DNA of 64,000 bases, from NCBI GenBank assembly GCA_964016885.1, contig OZ024741.1:45694001-45758000 (forward strand). The letters run 5' to 3'. Each line of letters opens with the position of its first letter. Positions within the stretch are counted from its first letter, which is position 1. Shown piece after piece: positions 13,850 through 28,857 of the stretch. The stretch is from Eledone cirrhosa. Taxonomy: Eukaryota. The notes beneath the pieces were generated by a model that did no database searches, was not told where the DNA came from, and was given only the letters and a program-made list of their open reading frames with translations. Position numbers and translations under genes: made by a program.

Positions 13850-15345
13850 AAAAGCGAAGTAGTTTCAGATGTTCAAGTCCTTTAATAATTGTTTCTACTT
13901 TAGGCACAAGGCCAGCAAATACCCAGTGCATTACTGGTACTTTATTTTATCGACCCCGTAAGGATGAAAGGCAAAGTCAACCTCGGCGGGATTTGAACTC
14001 AGATCGTAAAGGGACGTAACTATGCTGGAAAGTATGGGGTCCGACCCTCTACTGATACTGCCAATAATTGTTTCTACTTTAGGCACAAGGCCAGCAATTA
14101 CCCAGTACATAACTGGTACTTTATTTTATCGACCCCGTAAGGATGAAAGGCAAAGTTAACCTCGACGGGATTTGAACTGATACTGCCAATAATGCTGTGA
14201 CGACACTGGCCACACTGTTCTGTGTGCGAGTGTCTTGTCATCATCAGACAGCTTGTTACATAATAACGTTATGTTTCCGAGGCAATCCAAATTGAATCGA
14301 CGTGGGAACGGATGAAGTTCGTGCTTTTGGGTTTTTCATCCGTTCCCTTGTGAGTACAAATTTACCCCCACCGGTCTGCGCAAGCGCATGTCCCAAGGAA
14401 GTTGACCATTAGCCACCGCAGATTTTAACGAAATTCGCTGTCAGTTCACCCTCTCAGCCAAAACAATGTCCCACCTATGCCCTACCAAAGTTTACTGCTA
14501 CCCATCACTACTGTGGCAGTCAGCCGAAAGCCAGAGGGGATGGGAGGGTGTTAGTTTTTATAGGTCATAATACTACCTTTCACTATGCGTTGACAGCAAG
14601 ACTGACCATCAACTCATAAGGGAAAATTAACTTAATTCTAGGTACCATGGTTTTACATTGTAAGTTAAGATTTGGAAATAAAAATTAAAAATTAAAATCC
14701 TAAATCAAATATCAGAGATTATAAATTAAACAACTAAAAATTAAAAAATTCTAAATTCAAAAATGTTTCTAGTGATAATTCGGATTGAGTAAAAATATAG
14801 ATTGAAGTGAGTAAATAATATGGAGAGAGATGTTTAAGTAATAAGTTCTGAGAGGGATTCTAGTGTCACAGTTACTCCTGCCACATATTGAACGACAGTC
14901 CGTACATTATTACGGAGGGCAGATTACAGGGTTCGAGTCATTAGTCAATCTGTTACACGGTCATAATTTCCATCACATGGAACAAAATCAAAGAAAAACA
15001 GACATAAAGTACACAAAAGAAAAAAAAACAGAACCAATAGTGAATAAATGCAAAAACACAGAGTACATATATGCAAAATGATCCATATGATTGTCCATCT
15101 GTCCATGTATAGATTGAATTGAGGGGGCTTCTGTTCAAATGCGATTTGGTGCAGGAAAATAGGGGTTTATCTTATTTTTTGTTTCCGCGTATTTATCCTG
15201 CCGAAAGTTACTATTACGCCCGTCCATTTTCAGGTGTTTTCATCCCCATGGCAGAGGGAATTTCCGGGGTAGCCCTTGGTTGGTTCCTCTCCTCTCCATC
15301 ATATCGGTTACATCATAGAGCGCTCAACTAATCGGAGCTAAATTA
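13850..15345 (-). mobile_element. Non-coding PLE-like element with broken HHR (14194-14252), interrupted by two SINEs
   Basis: 13850-13876 and 14190-14292 match 27258-27405; GCTGT-CTGATGA...ACAGC with the GAAA segment deleted; right boundary uncertain. Confidence 0.5.
13888..14190 (-). mobile_element. Two tandem tRNA-derived SINEs
   Basis: Family consensus occurs twice; the second copy is internally deleted. Confidence 0.88.
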
Positions 15346-16219
15346 TTAGGGTTAATATTGATGCAATTCAATTCAAGCACTCAACGTACTTTTTCCACAT
15401 AGGAAAATATTCGATATTTACTCCGTCAGCATCGAATTCGATGCTGATTCTCGCAACTTAACATCATGCTATATTGAGCTAAAGACCAACAAACTACGAT
15501 ACTCTAGCAGAATCGTCAAACGCCCAATATTGAATCGTCGTAGATTATGTGAGGGCCATATAATCTGGATATTATGTTCCTCGGACTGTGAAAATGGTGC
15601 TGTACATGGAATCCATATCATCGCTTTGCTACACATTTCCAATATTTAATATTTATAATACTTCTCCACGCACAGGCTTCTATAACATTCGTATAAAGGA
15701 TTCATTGCCAGTTCAACCCCCTTAACACTCTTGTTCGCCCGTTTAAGTACTTCTATTGCATGTAACACTCTGCCGCACTATAGCATTATGTAACCAAGAC
15801 ACACGTGCGTACCACACGTGTCAATATTGCACTCAATAACTGCTTATGACTATCCTATCGCATTAATTTCAGGTTGTATTTTAACCTTAATTTTTTATTT
15901 TTCCTCTGTTGATATGAATGTAACCTTTAAATGTATACTGCCACACTAAACATTATAATGGTTGTCGACCTGCCGAGCAACAATGTTTGCATATGTATCT
16001 GTATGTCTCTTGGGTTGAAAAGGAGGTCATATTTGTGATCATCCATTAATAAATTGCTTCGAAGAAATCCAAACCTCGGTTTGGAGGAAACAATTGTAAG
16101 CATACAAATGATTTGATCAGAACTTTGATTCTTATAACTTATATATATAATAACAACACAATCGGTACAGTATATGGAAGGTATATATTAGATTAACGCT
16201 TGACATAGCAGGAAGAGGG

Positions 16220-16255
16220 TCTTAACGTTTCGGACGCTAGTCTTTCATCAGAAGA
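16220..16255 (-). ncRNA. Minimal PLE-type HHR
   Basis: TCTT-CTGATGA-AAGAC(TAGC)GTCC-GAAA-CG-TT-AAGA; palindromic ACGT stem III. Confidence 0.7.
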
Positions 16256-16565
16256 AAGAATGAGAAATGAAATAGATTAAGTGGACGGGCGGGTTGTAAT
16301 TGGAAAAAATGTCTTTAGATAAAAATAATAGGTCCATTCATGTTGACTTCTCTTGCAAAACTATATATATATATATATCATTATCCTCAGGTCGAATTTC
16401 TGTGTATGTTTGTGTTTGTGTGCGCGCGCGTGAGTGTGGGTGCATGTGTGTGCCTGTGTGTGAGACAGAGACAGAATGTATGTGTGTCAAATTGTAAATG
16501 AAACAACCTTTTATCTTTTGGGCTTTTGAACATTTATACCTTTAGCATTTTATTATTATATCATT

Positions 16566-16965
16566 TGGCAGTGGATTGGCAGTATCGGTAAAGGGTCGGA
16601 CGCCATGCTTTGACGCATAGAGTTACGGCCCTTGCCATTCTGAGTTCAAATCCCGCCGAGGTTAACTTTGCCTTTCATCCTTACGGGGTCGATAAAATAA
16701 TGTACCAGTAATACACTGGGTAATTGCTGGCCTTTGCCTAACGTAGAAACAATTATTTTATTTTATAACGAGGGCGGTGGATATACAGTATCGGTAGAGG
16801 GTCGGACGCCATGATTTACAGCAAAAGAGTTACGGCTTTTTATTATCTAAGTTTAAATCCCGCCGAGGTTAACTTTGCCTTTCATCCTTTCGGGGTCGAT
16901 AAAATAAAGTACCAGTAATACACTGGGATAATTGCTGGCCTTGTGCCAAAAGTAGGAACAATTAT
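16566..16965 (+). mobile_element. Two tandem tRNA-derived SINEs
   Basis: Family consensus at about 16566-16756 and 16771-16965. Confidence 0.88.
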
Positions 16966-17284
16966 TTTCTTTTATAACTCCTATATAACGGCTCCCCAGG
17001 TTACGGATAGAGGGAATGATCCTTGATATAGGTTAACTGCGAATATACAGAATCAGCTGTGTCGGAAGGAAGACAGGTTTCCCATTGCTGCCTTGGAGCA
17101 ATTATATTGGAAGCAAGATCGAAAATACACGTTGGCTTATGTGACTAATGCATTAAATCAACATGTAATGGTGTTTGACACGACAAGTGAATCATTTATC
17201 AAAGTGTTGCCGCGTTGATCAACCGTGGGTAAAATGAAGGTAATTCCAGTCTTTACCATTGCTACCATATAATTCATATATATA

Positions 17285-18459
17285 TTAGGTTGTCTCACAT
17301 GAAATATCGTATTTTTAATAAGTTTCTTTATCAGCCATTTATAAGCTCGATTATGTGTATGCTTGTGCTTAATCCTAACTATCTTTTATTCCAAACAATA
17401 TTACCATTCAAAATCGGTACCCACAATCCTATGACAATATTGACAACTGAACAATACCGAGTGGTTTTCTTGTACGAATACAAGCTGGGTCACTCGGCCT
17501 CAGAAGCCCTACGAAACATTAAGCGAGCTTTTGGTAACGATTCTTTTGACACCAGAACTGTCCAGTGATGGTTTCAAAGATTTCGTTCAGGAAATGAGAG
17601 CCTTAAAAATGAATTGAGACGGAGACCCATATCAGTAATTTGCCATGATGAATTGAATGCTTTGGTTAAACAAAATCCGAGAACAACGGTTCGAAAAATC
17701 TCATCTGAGCTCCAGACATCTCGCTCAACTGTTTCTCGACACCTGAAGAAAATTGGAAAAGTCAAAAAGATGGACAGGTTTGTTCCACATCAACTTAATG
17801 AGATTGAAAGAAACAGACGTCTTACAGTGTGCTGAATGTTGGTTTCTCGGCCCGAAAGGGATCCATTTTTGCATCGACTCATTACGTGTGATGAGAAATG
17901 GATACTCTTCGATAACAGCAGAAGGACTGGACAGTGGTTAGATGCAGAAGTATCTCCGAAACACTACCCGAAACCACCATTGCACCTTAAGAAGTTGATG
18001 GTTACTGTATGGTGGTCTGCAAAGGGGATTATTCATTATTCATTTTTGCAACAAGGCAATACTGTAACAGCAACATCATATTGTCAGGAAATTGATCGTA
18101 TGCATGAAATATTGAAGAAGCAGCATCCCAGACTAGTGAATAGAGATGGCCCAATTTTGCTTCACGATAATGCACGGCCTCACACCTCTCAAGCTACGGT
18201 CCACAAGTTGCAAAGTCTGAATTATGAAATTTTGCAACATCCTCCCTATTCTGCTGATATCTCTCCTACTCATTATCACTTATTTAAGCATTTTGAGCTT
18301 TCTATACGCAATAAAACATTCTTAAATAGAGAAGAAGTAATTGAAGCATTCGGACAGTTGTCATATGTAAACAAGGTTCATATTTTGAATAAATTAAACA
18401 CTTAAAAACAATTTTATTCTTTCCATTTTAAATATGAGATTTCATGTGATACAACCTAA
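17285..18459 (+). mobile_element. mariner (DD34D) transposon, inactive
   Basis: TIRs TTAGGTTGT.TCACATGAAAT; TA TSD; transposase from ATG 17431 with TCDEKW, LHDNARPH, YSADISPTHYHLF; two in-frame TGA stops. Confidence 0.95.
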
Positions 18460-18579
18460 TATATATATATATGTGTGTGTGTGCGTGTATATAGATCATG
18501 AGTTAAATCGGGAGTAAACACAGAGAATAAGGTACTCAACGTATAAAACAGGACTAGTCCTCTAAAAGCCATTTCTCTA

Positions 18580-18842
<263 letters not shown>

Positions 18843-18847
18843 GAGAA

Positions 18848-19558
18848 GAATGAAACGAAATTTCATTTCTCACTCTTAGTACGGCTGATACCTAAATATA
18901 TGTATGTATACGTACATACATATATGTGTTCAGAGGTACAGTAGTATGTATATATATACATACATGCACACATATATGTATGTACGTATGGGTTTACCGA
19001 ACATTTATTATAATGTTCGGTTTGTTTGTAAACAAACAGCCCGAATTACGCCGTACAATGTTCGGAAACCATCGTCGCGTTTTTGTTCAACACTGACACA
19101 GGAACGATGTACTAGTTTAAAGCTTATTAGCTATCGTCAGCATCGTATACCTTTCTGTCAGATGATTAAACGTTTGAAAGTATATAATTTCCTTATGCAT
19201 ATTAACGGCTGAGCAGCCTAATTTGCATATCGAGGGAGTCAGCCGTTCATATGCATACGGAAGTATATACTTTCAAACGTTCAATCATCTGACAGAAAGG
19301 TATACGATGCTGACGATAGCTAATAAGCTTGAAACTAGTACATCGTTCCTGTGTCAGTGTTGAACAAAAAGGCGGCGATGGTTTCTGAACAATGTACGGC
19401 GCAATTCGGGCTGTTTGTTTACAAACAAACCGAGCATTATAATAAATGTTCGGTAAACCCATACGTACATATATATATGTGTGCATGTATGTATATATAT
19501 ACATACGACTGTGCGTCTGTACACATATAAATATGTACGTACACATACTTATATTTAA
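18848..19558. mobile_element. Retrozyme-like family R, locus 2 (divergent subfamily, fold-back)
   Basis: Arms 18848-19235 and 19240-19558 are inverted; HHRs at 19105-19145 (-, G12U) and 19305-19345 (+). Confidence 0.85.
19305..19345 (+). ncRNA. HHR family R, intact core
   Basis: CGATG-CTGACGA-TAGCTAATAAGCTT-GAAA-CTAG-TA-CATCG. Confidence 0.88.
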
Positions 19559-19571
19559 ATATATATCTATC

Positions 19572-19605
<34 letters not shown>

Positions 19606-19606
19606 C

Positions 19607-19694
<88 letters not shown>

Positions 19695-19891
19695 ATATAT
19701 TCCGACGCGTGTGCTCCTTCACCACATTTTATTATTATATATATATATATACATCTAGTACTTAGCACTACCCTCCATATTTATAATTGTATTAAACATA
19801 TATAAATATAAATATTCTTATTACTATATATATACATATATATATATATGTGTGTGTGTGTACACATATACATATACATATATATATGTAC

Positions 19892-19931
<40 letters not shown>

Positions 19932-20127
19932 GTATATGTATATGTACATATACATATAAATATGTATATGTACATACATATATATATATATATAATATAT
20001 GTATATGTACACACACACACATACGTACACACACATAACGCTCCTAGTTACGGAATATGAATGTTTGTAGCTCCCTCCACACACACATACGTACATACAT
20101 ACATACATACATACATACATACATACA

Positions 20128-20162
<35 letters not shown>

Positions 20163-20164
<2 letters not shown>

Positions 20165-21187
20165 ACGGAAAAATGAAACGAAATTTCAATTCCCACTCTT
20201 AGTACAGCTGTTACTTAAATATAAGTGTGTATACATATATGTATACAGACGTACAGTAGTATGTATATATATATACATGCACACATATATATATGTACGT
20301 ATGGATTCACCGAACATTTATTATAATGCTCGGTGTGTTTATAATCAAACATCCCGTATTAAGCCGTAGTGTCTAACAACCATCGTTGCTCGTTTGTTCA
20401 ACACTGACAATGGAACGCTGTAATAGCTTCAAGCTTATTAGCTATCGTCAGCAACGTATACCTTCCTGCCAGATGATTGAACGTCTGAAAGTATATACTT
20501 TCCTTATGCATATTAACGGCTGAGTAGCCCAATTTGCATATCGAGTGCGTTAATTTGGCCGGGTGCACCGAAAACGATAAACGGAACAAACCAGCAAGGA
20601 TGGTTGCTAGACACTACGGCTTAATACAGGATGTTTGTTTACAAACACACCGAGCAATATAATAAATGTTCGGTGAATCCATACGTACATATGTGTGCAT
20701 GTATGTATATATATATACATACTACTGTATATCTGTATATATATATATGTATGTACGTGTACATACTTATATTTAAGTAACAGCCGTACTAAGAGTGGGA
20801 AATGAAATTTCGTTTCATTTTTTCCGTTTATCATTTTCGGTGATTAGCCCACTCGATATGCAAATTGGGCTACTCAGCCGTTAATATGCATAAGGAAAGT
20901 ATATACTTTCAGACGTTCAATCATCTGGCAGGAAGGTATACGTTGCTGACGATAGCTAATAAGCTTGAAACTAGTACAGCGTTCCTTTGTCAGTGTTGAA
21001 CAAACGAGCAACGATGGTTGCTAGACACTACGGCTTAATACGGGATGTTTGTTTACAAACACACCGTGCATTATAATAAATGTTGGATGAATCCTTAGTT
21101 CATATATATATGTGTGCATGTATGTATATATATATACATACTACTGTACGTCTGTATATATATATGTATGTACGTATACATACTTAT
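20163..21187. mobile_element. Retrozyme-like family R, locus 3 (one monomer on minus plus about 1.4 monomers on plus)
   Basis: Plus arm 20600-21187 reads through the monomer junction near 20830; HHRs at 20416-20456 (-, decayed) and 20941-20981 (+). Confidence 0.85.
20941..20981 (+). ncRNA. HHR family R, intact core
   Basis: CGTTG-CTGACGA-TAGCTAATAAGCTT-GAAA-CTAG-TA-CAGCG. Confidence 0.88.
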
Positions 21188-21254
21188 ATATATATATATA
21201 TCTATATATATATAAACACATTTATATATATATATATATATATGTATATGTGCA

Positions 21255-21315
<61 letters not shown>

Positions 21316-21316
<1 letters not shown>

Positions 21317-21671
21317 TGAGGGCGGCCGACCGAGGTGGAAGCTGCTAAATAGTCGGTCGTCCTCTTGTCTCTGATTTTCAGCCCCATGGATTTTATCTGT
21401 TATATTCCTTTGTTATATTTTGAATACCTGATGATGTCACCGGATTCATACTGAACCCGGTCATTGAAATGATCATAGTATAATAAACCTTTAAAGATTT
21501 ACACCAGTCCAGCCTCCTGTTATTTTATAATAATCAACTCCGTACGCGCACCACCAACTACACAAACGTAGACGGGAGATTTGCATTACGTTGAGTGCTC
21601 TCCATAAAATTACATCGACGTTGACCATACGGAATGACCAGTTCTATCCAGTGGTGAATCAACAAGCCTAA

Positions 21672-21672
<1 letters not shown>
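21316..21672 (+). mobile_element. Family S 3' fragment with HHR (21424-21481)
   Basis: Matches 58215-58576; ATAC-CTGATGA-stemII-GAAA-TGATCA-TA-GTAT; inserted in (TA)n. Confidence 0.8.
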
Positions 21673-21770
<98 letters not shown>

Positions 21771-21879
21771 TATATATATGTATGTTCATATGTATGTATG
21801 TATATATATGTATGTATGTACGTATGTGGAGGCGGGGAGCTACAAACATATTCATATTCCGTAACTAGGAGCGTTGCCT

Positions 21880-22560
21880 CTGAAAGTTGCACCCAAGGAA
21901 ATTCTAAACATATACAAGACACCTGAAAAAATTACTGGGAGAGTGGCGTTTAACATTCAAAGTGTGTTTAAACCCAAGGCAAATGTTTGCTTGATTGCTG
22001 AAAGAGTTGCTGAGTTTTATATAAAATGCACTGAATGTCTGGGAGGCAATAATATGAAGCAAAGTAAATAGTTACACAAAACGTTTCTCAAGAGACAATA
22101 TATTGTGATTTCCAGTTGCTATTTTTATCCAGTGTTTGTAAACGTAAAGCTATTTAATTTTGAAGCAAGATACACAGTCTTATCTATATCGACATTAATA
22201 ATATATTAAATTAACTCTGTGGATTATAAAATAAACAAGTATTTATGTTCTTAATGATCGACACAGAACACACAAATGTGGCTTTCCTAGAGATAACAAA
22301 TAAATAAAATTTATTCTGAAATATTTTGTGTGATGTGGGCAAACGAATTGATTCAATTAGCCGAATTCTGCTAACATGGACACGTCGTATTAAGGAGAAA
22401 TTAACACAGTGTTAACATTCACAACCTTCTATTCACGTCCCTTTCTCTCCTTCCTTTCTTCTCTTAATACAGATTTGTTTGTTTTTATTGTTATCGCTGT
22501 TGTGATATAGGATATATATAGCTTGCGTTCCCTTTTGTCACGAAACGGTTGATATGTGCT
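21880..22560 (+). pseudogene. Very decayed Penelope-type GIY-YIG remnant with possible HHR relic (about 22491-22555)
   Basis: NIQSVFKP and VLYKM-like motifs; downstream GTGATA..TGTCAC-GAAA-CGG-TT-GATA. Confidence 0.3.
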
Positions 22561-22869
22561 AACTAAGTTTGTGCTGATGTAATAACTTTATGACTACACC
22601 CAAACTTAATCTAATGCATTTATCTGTGGACTGTGGCATGGTGGAGTGGCTAATAAATTCCCTTCACATTCATGAGTTTAGTATCTATCTATCAGCGTAT
22701 CTTTACAATGGCCTACATATGACCGGACCATTTTCAGTGTTTGGATGTCTGTAAAATTGGATTGTAACTGTAATTCAAAGATCTAGTCGTATAACACACT
22801 ATCTTGTTGGTTCTGCCTTAAGATTAAGTTATTGATACCTGTATGTGGAATACCGAACCACTTACTTTA

Positions 22870-23056
22870 TAATTGTTTCTACTTTTGGCACAAGGCCAGC
22901 AATTACCCCAGTTCATTACTGGTGCTTTATTTTATCGACCCCGTAAGGATGAAAGGCAAAGTTAACCTCGACGGATTTGAACGCAGACCGTATTGGGACG
23001 TAACTATGCTAGAAAGCATGGCGTCCAACCCTCTACCGATACTGCCAATTCCACCA
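22870..23056 (-). mobile_element. tRNA-derived SINE
   Basis: Family consensus. Confidence 0.88.
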
Positions 23057-23705
23057 CGTACACTATAATAAATGACAGGTTGTAATTCTAATCCCAAAGT
23101 CTCGCCGATTGTGTTGACGTCTCACCGCTAGCATGACTACCAACGTTAATTTGAAAGTGTAGGCAACGGAGAGGAATTCCACTTAGATCCTGTCAACAAA
23201 TACTTTATATGGTTTATTTACACAAGTCTCCGATTTCCGAATAACTAAATGTCAACATAAGAGTACCCAAAAATCATAACCTAGATGCGGCCTGGTCGGC
23301 TTAGGGGGTAAGAAGTTAAGGGCCAAACCACTCGCTTCAAGGAGGTTTCTTCTCTGATGACCTTCCGCTGTCCAGCTCCCGAGAGCTTCTTACCACTGTG
23401 TTATGTTGAGTCTGCCTGACGATTAGGTTATCAACCACCTACACTATAATGAAAGACATGTTGTATAAGTAATTCAAAGGTCCAACATTGTCATGTATTG
23501 CGTCGCAATGATTCGGTTTGAGAAATATGTTACATTCAGGGAACACGTGCCTGTGGATACTAAAATAGTTACAGGTTAATTCATGAGTTATGAGATTCAG
23601 TTGAACAAAACGATAAATGTGCATCAGTGATAGCAACGGAGGAACCACCATCATCTTCATCATCATCATCATCAATAAGTTAGATGAACAATAAATTAAC
23701 GAATA

Positions 23706-23952
23706 CCCTTACGGGGTCGATAAAATAAAGTACCAGTAATGCACTGAGATAATTGCTGGCCTTGTGCCAAAAGTAGAAACAATTATTATTAGAAATGGGC
23801 GGTGGATTGGCAGTATCGGTAGAGGGTCGGGCGCCATGCTTTGACGAATAGCGTTACGGCCCTTTCCATTCTGAGTTCAAATCCCGCCGATGTTAACTTT
23901 GCCTTTCATCCCCCGAATTACTAGTCTTGTGCCTAAAGTACAGACCATTATT
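23706..23952 (+). mobile_element. Partial plus near-full tRNA-derived SINEs
   Basis: Family consensus fragments. Confidence 0.85.
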
Positions 23953-24289
23953 AGAATCAAAGTTTATAACATAATTAATCATTGGACAAATCTTCACTAC
24001 GAAACTCATTAATTATAGGATATGCTTAATTATATCTACAACAGTTGCGACACAAATAAACCATAATAGCCAAGATTCATATAGAAAGAATATATTTCTA
24101 AACAACACATATTAACAGTATGTGATAACTACCATTATTCTGAAAGGTAGTATTTAACGATGAATTGAGCGATAGCACTAACACAACTTAATTCGAAGTG
24201 AATGCATGTGTGAATTCATATACAGTTTATGAGTATAATAAACATATATTTTTGTCGCACTGAGAGCATTTAAAACTTACACCATATGC

Positions 24290-25075
24290 TAAAAGTAGTT
24301 AAATGCTGCAAGCGAAAGAGGTTTGGTGTGACGCCGGAAGCCAGAATGACCCCTTGGTTCAATCAAGAGATCAAAGAGGCCATCCGGGCAAATAAGGAGA
24401 CCTACACAGCTTTGTTTGGAAATAAGTCCTTATTCTTGCACTTGCGTTACAAGCTGGCACGAAGAATCGCAACAGAGAGACTAAAGGTGTCCAAAGGAAA
24501 TACATGAGAGGATTTGGGGGTTAAGTTAGAATCCGACTTCAGATCAGAAAATATAGTGTTCTCACTGACCATCCACCGAATTTGTAATAAGAAGTCCTCC
24601 TCTACACCTGCTATCAGGAATGCATCTAGGGTTCTCCACTCGTCAGAGAGGTAAATGCATCCTCGAGATGGGGAGAGAGTACCTTGCTGATCTAAACCTG
24701 ATCACAAAATGCATCTTCTGGCGTACAGAAGGTACATCTGGGAGCGATGACTGATCTATCGGAGGCTGAGGTCACACGAGCAAACAAAAGCTCAAATGTG
24801 GCAAAGGCGCTGCCTGGATCTCTGAAAAGGCACCTAAACAATGGCACTCGGTAGTAATGATCCCAACTTTCAAAAACGGAGACTAAAGAAATTGCTCCAG
24901 TTACAGAAAGATTTCCTTTTTAAGCCTTCACAGTAAAGTCTATGCTGAGAGTCTGGCAAAGAGATGTAGGGAGATTATCAAGTCCAAGCTAGCTGTTGAA
25001 TCATGTGGCTTTCGCCCCGGAGGCAGCACAGCCGACCAAATATTCACACTGCGGTAGATCTTTGAGGTATATTCC
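24290..25075 (+). pseudogene. Decayed RTE-clade LINE ORF fragment
   Basis: TPWFNQEIKEAIRA..; downstream IPTFKNGD..CSSYR.ISF and CGFRPG-like RT N-terminal motifs. Confidence 0.75.
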
Positions 25076-25077
25076 TG

Positions 25078-25825
<748 letters not shown>

Positions 25826-26231
25826 AATCCACTGGGAACGGCTAGACATTTCGTTGAATAGCATAGTATGTTCAAGTTAAATCATATCTTTGACTTGAAA
25901 ATAAGAGTATAGAATCCATGTATTATACCTTCAAAAAGTTTACCATTGTAAGCCTACCATACAATTCTATTTTTGATGGATTATATATATATATATAAAG
26001 AGAATAGAAATGGCTGTGTAGTTGCTATTTAAGGTAATACGAAGAAAGCAAGAACGGGGGGTTTCCTCATCAGTTGTCTACTGGGGGGGGGGGGGGGGTC
26101 TAGGATATTTCTACGCTTTAAAGACAAGAAACCACTTCACCCCAGGGCGTCAATAACTGGATAAGTTATTGGGAAAACGAAGGAAGGGGGAAGGAAAGCA
26201 AAGGGGAAGAAAAGAGAAACAGTAACAAAAC

Positions 26232-26299
<68 letters not shown>

Positions 26300-26825
26300 G
26301 CATGTACACACACGTATTTATATATATATATACATATATGCATACACAAACACATACGCGCGCGTTTATCTATTTTTAATACTTATAAAAAGGAAGTTTC
26401 TTTGTACGGTGACCTCTGATAACACTAAATAAAATTGGTAATAATTAAGGTTCATCGTGTGTTTTCAGCTAATATGATCTCCGACATATTCGCAACTGAC
26501 TTTTTCAACGAAACCGGAATTAAGGGGATCCCTCAGATATTGCCATACTATTCATATTTTAATTATATATTCGATTTTGTTCCATAATTAAGATTGTAAA
26601 CAATACTAGACAGAAACCTTTGATATAGAAAACGTGACAATTTGATAACAAAGATATAGTTATCGGAAATGCTCCTCCTTATGATACTTCAGTCAATATA
26701 TCCTGTCAAGACTTTAACTCATCTCAAGTATCTAACGCCACAGAAAAAATATAAATTTAAAAATACATTATATCCTTTATTTATTTATTTATTTATTTTA
26801 TTTTATTTTTTGAGTAGTTTAAAAT

Positions 26826-27032
26826 AATTGTTTCTACTTTTCGCACACGGCCAGCAATTTTAAGGGAGAGAAAAAGTCGATTAAATTGACCCCAGTGCAT
26901 TAGAGGTAATGTATTTTATCGACCCCGTAAGGTTTAACAGCAACGCTAACCTCGGTGGGATTTGAATTCAGTATGTAAATGAACGTAGCTATGCCGCGCA
27001 GCATGATGTCTGACGCTCTACCGATACCGCCA
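26826..27032 (-). mobile_element. tRNA-derived SINE, longer and older subfamily
   Basis: Family consensus with an extra GGGAGAG..AGTCGATTAAATTGACCCC segment. Confidence 0.8.
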
Positions 27033-27295
27033 AAACATATTTACTTGCAGATTTACAACGTGCCGTAAATTTGTTCTTTGCATATCTGACAGCACGAAGC
27101 GGTACACACGTTTGTTATGAAGTGGTGTACATTCAACGAACACCTTTTTACCACTGTTGTTTAAAAGCTTCGCCAATCTATAAACTTCTGCATATACATA
27201 CACACATACACATGCACAGAAACACAAAAACTAACCAATATATATATATAGAATGAGAAAATGCGAAGTAGTTTCAGATGTTCTTTATTGATAAT

Positions 27296-27368
27296 GCTGT
27301 GATACATTTCAATGACGACAGTAGCCACACGATTCCGTGTACCCAGTGCCATGACATCATCAGAGAGC
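27296..27368 (-). ncRNA. HHR with long stem II
   Basis: GCTCT-CTGATGA-TGTCATGGCA..ACACG(GAAT)CGTGT..TGTCGTCATT-GAAA-TGTA-TC-ACAGC; the paralogue at 14194 has the perfectly pairing GCTGT. Confidence 0.72.
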
Positions 27369-27758
27369 TTCTTACATAATGTTCCGTTCCCAAGGCAAAT
27401 CCAAACAGATTAAAATTGAAACAGAAAATAAAAGGCTACACCGTATTATTTGACTAAATAACATAGTCTAATAACTGAATAGACATACATAGATGTGCCA
27501 TCTTTTTCCGTTTAGTGAGTTTATACGCCCCTTATAAAACAGTTATTTAATCAAATGTTACGGTGTAGCCTGCTGTTTCTATTATAATTTCAAAAATATA
27601 TAAAGGGATAAAAAAATGTTTTCGATCAAATATTATTAGAACATTTGAAATTTGAAAAGTCGGTCGTAAGAAAATGATCTTGATGTTAGTCGATGAATAT
27701 AAATCATAGTTGAGACGGAAATAAAGATGATATAGGTGCTGGGTTTGATCGAAACATG

Positions 27759-27807
<49 letters not shown>

Positions 27808-27919
27808 GAGCATGTCCGTCTACAATGTGTGATATGTTGTGCGCATTAATAAACCGATTTTAGGGTGAATAACGAACCAACAAGCGGAGGCCGCAGAATA
27901 CCACGTTGTTGGTATGTGC

Positions 27920-28089
<170 letters not shown>

Positions 28090-28642
28090 TATATACATAT
28101 ATATATAAATATATGATTTGCGAAGTAGCGGAGTAATATTTTAGAATAATATACAGAAGTTTTCCAGCTTTCAAAAGCTTAATTTCGAAATACGGTTGAC
28201 ATCTAGGATTATATTTGACTTTTTTATTAAATTCTATAATAATAAATACATTGTTAAGAATCTAAGAAAGATTATGGATTGTAAAAGCATGTATTAACGC
28301 TCAGTATAGTTTGTAAGACGTTTCCTTTTATTTGCTATGGCCTAAATCAATGCTATTGAAGTAGTGTATTTGCAGCAGAGTAGACAACTTGTAAAAATAT
28401 AAGGAAAACATTAAAGCTTGTTTCACGGAGATAATCAATCTTACCACCCGTACTATGGATATGATATATGTAGCTATCATGTTCCCTTACATTACAGTTA
28501 ATTATGAGATTAGTACCGCTTTAACGAACTAAGTAGACTCTATATTTCCTTTTTATATCAAACACATACTCACACGTATATATATATATAAATATACATA
28601 TACATATACATATAAATATATATATAAATAAATATACATATA

Positions 28643-28736
<94 letters not shown>

Positions 28737-28814
28737 CATATACATATGTGTGTGTGTGTGTGTGTGGTGTGTGTGTATGTATATATAAATATATACAAGC
28801 ATACATACTTATGA

Positions 28815-28857
<43 letters not shown>

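Noticed and set aside
14304-14347. 13-bp hairpin GGGAACGGATGAA/TTCATCCGTTCCC as a terminator
   Set aside because: Eukaryotic repeat context with no U-tract; probably element-internal structure.
17566-17835. Two in-frame TGA codons in the mariner as selenocysteine readthrough
   Set aside because: More simply CGA-to-TGA decay; the third catalytic Asp is also lost and no SECIS was seen.
23356-23390. CTGATGA motif
   Set aside because: No GAAA or stem II partner.
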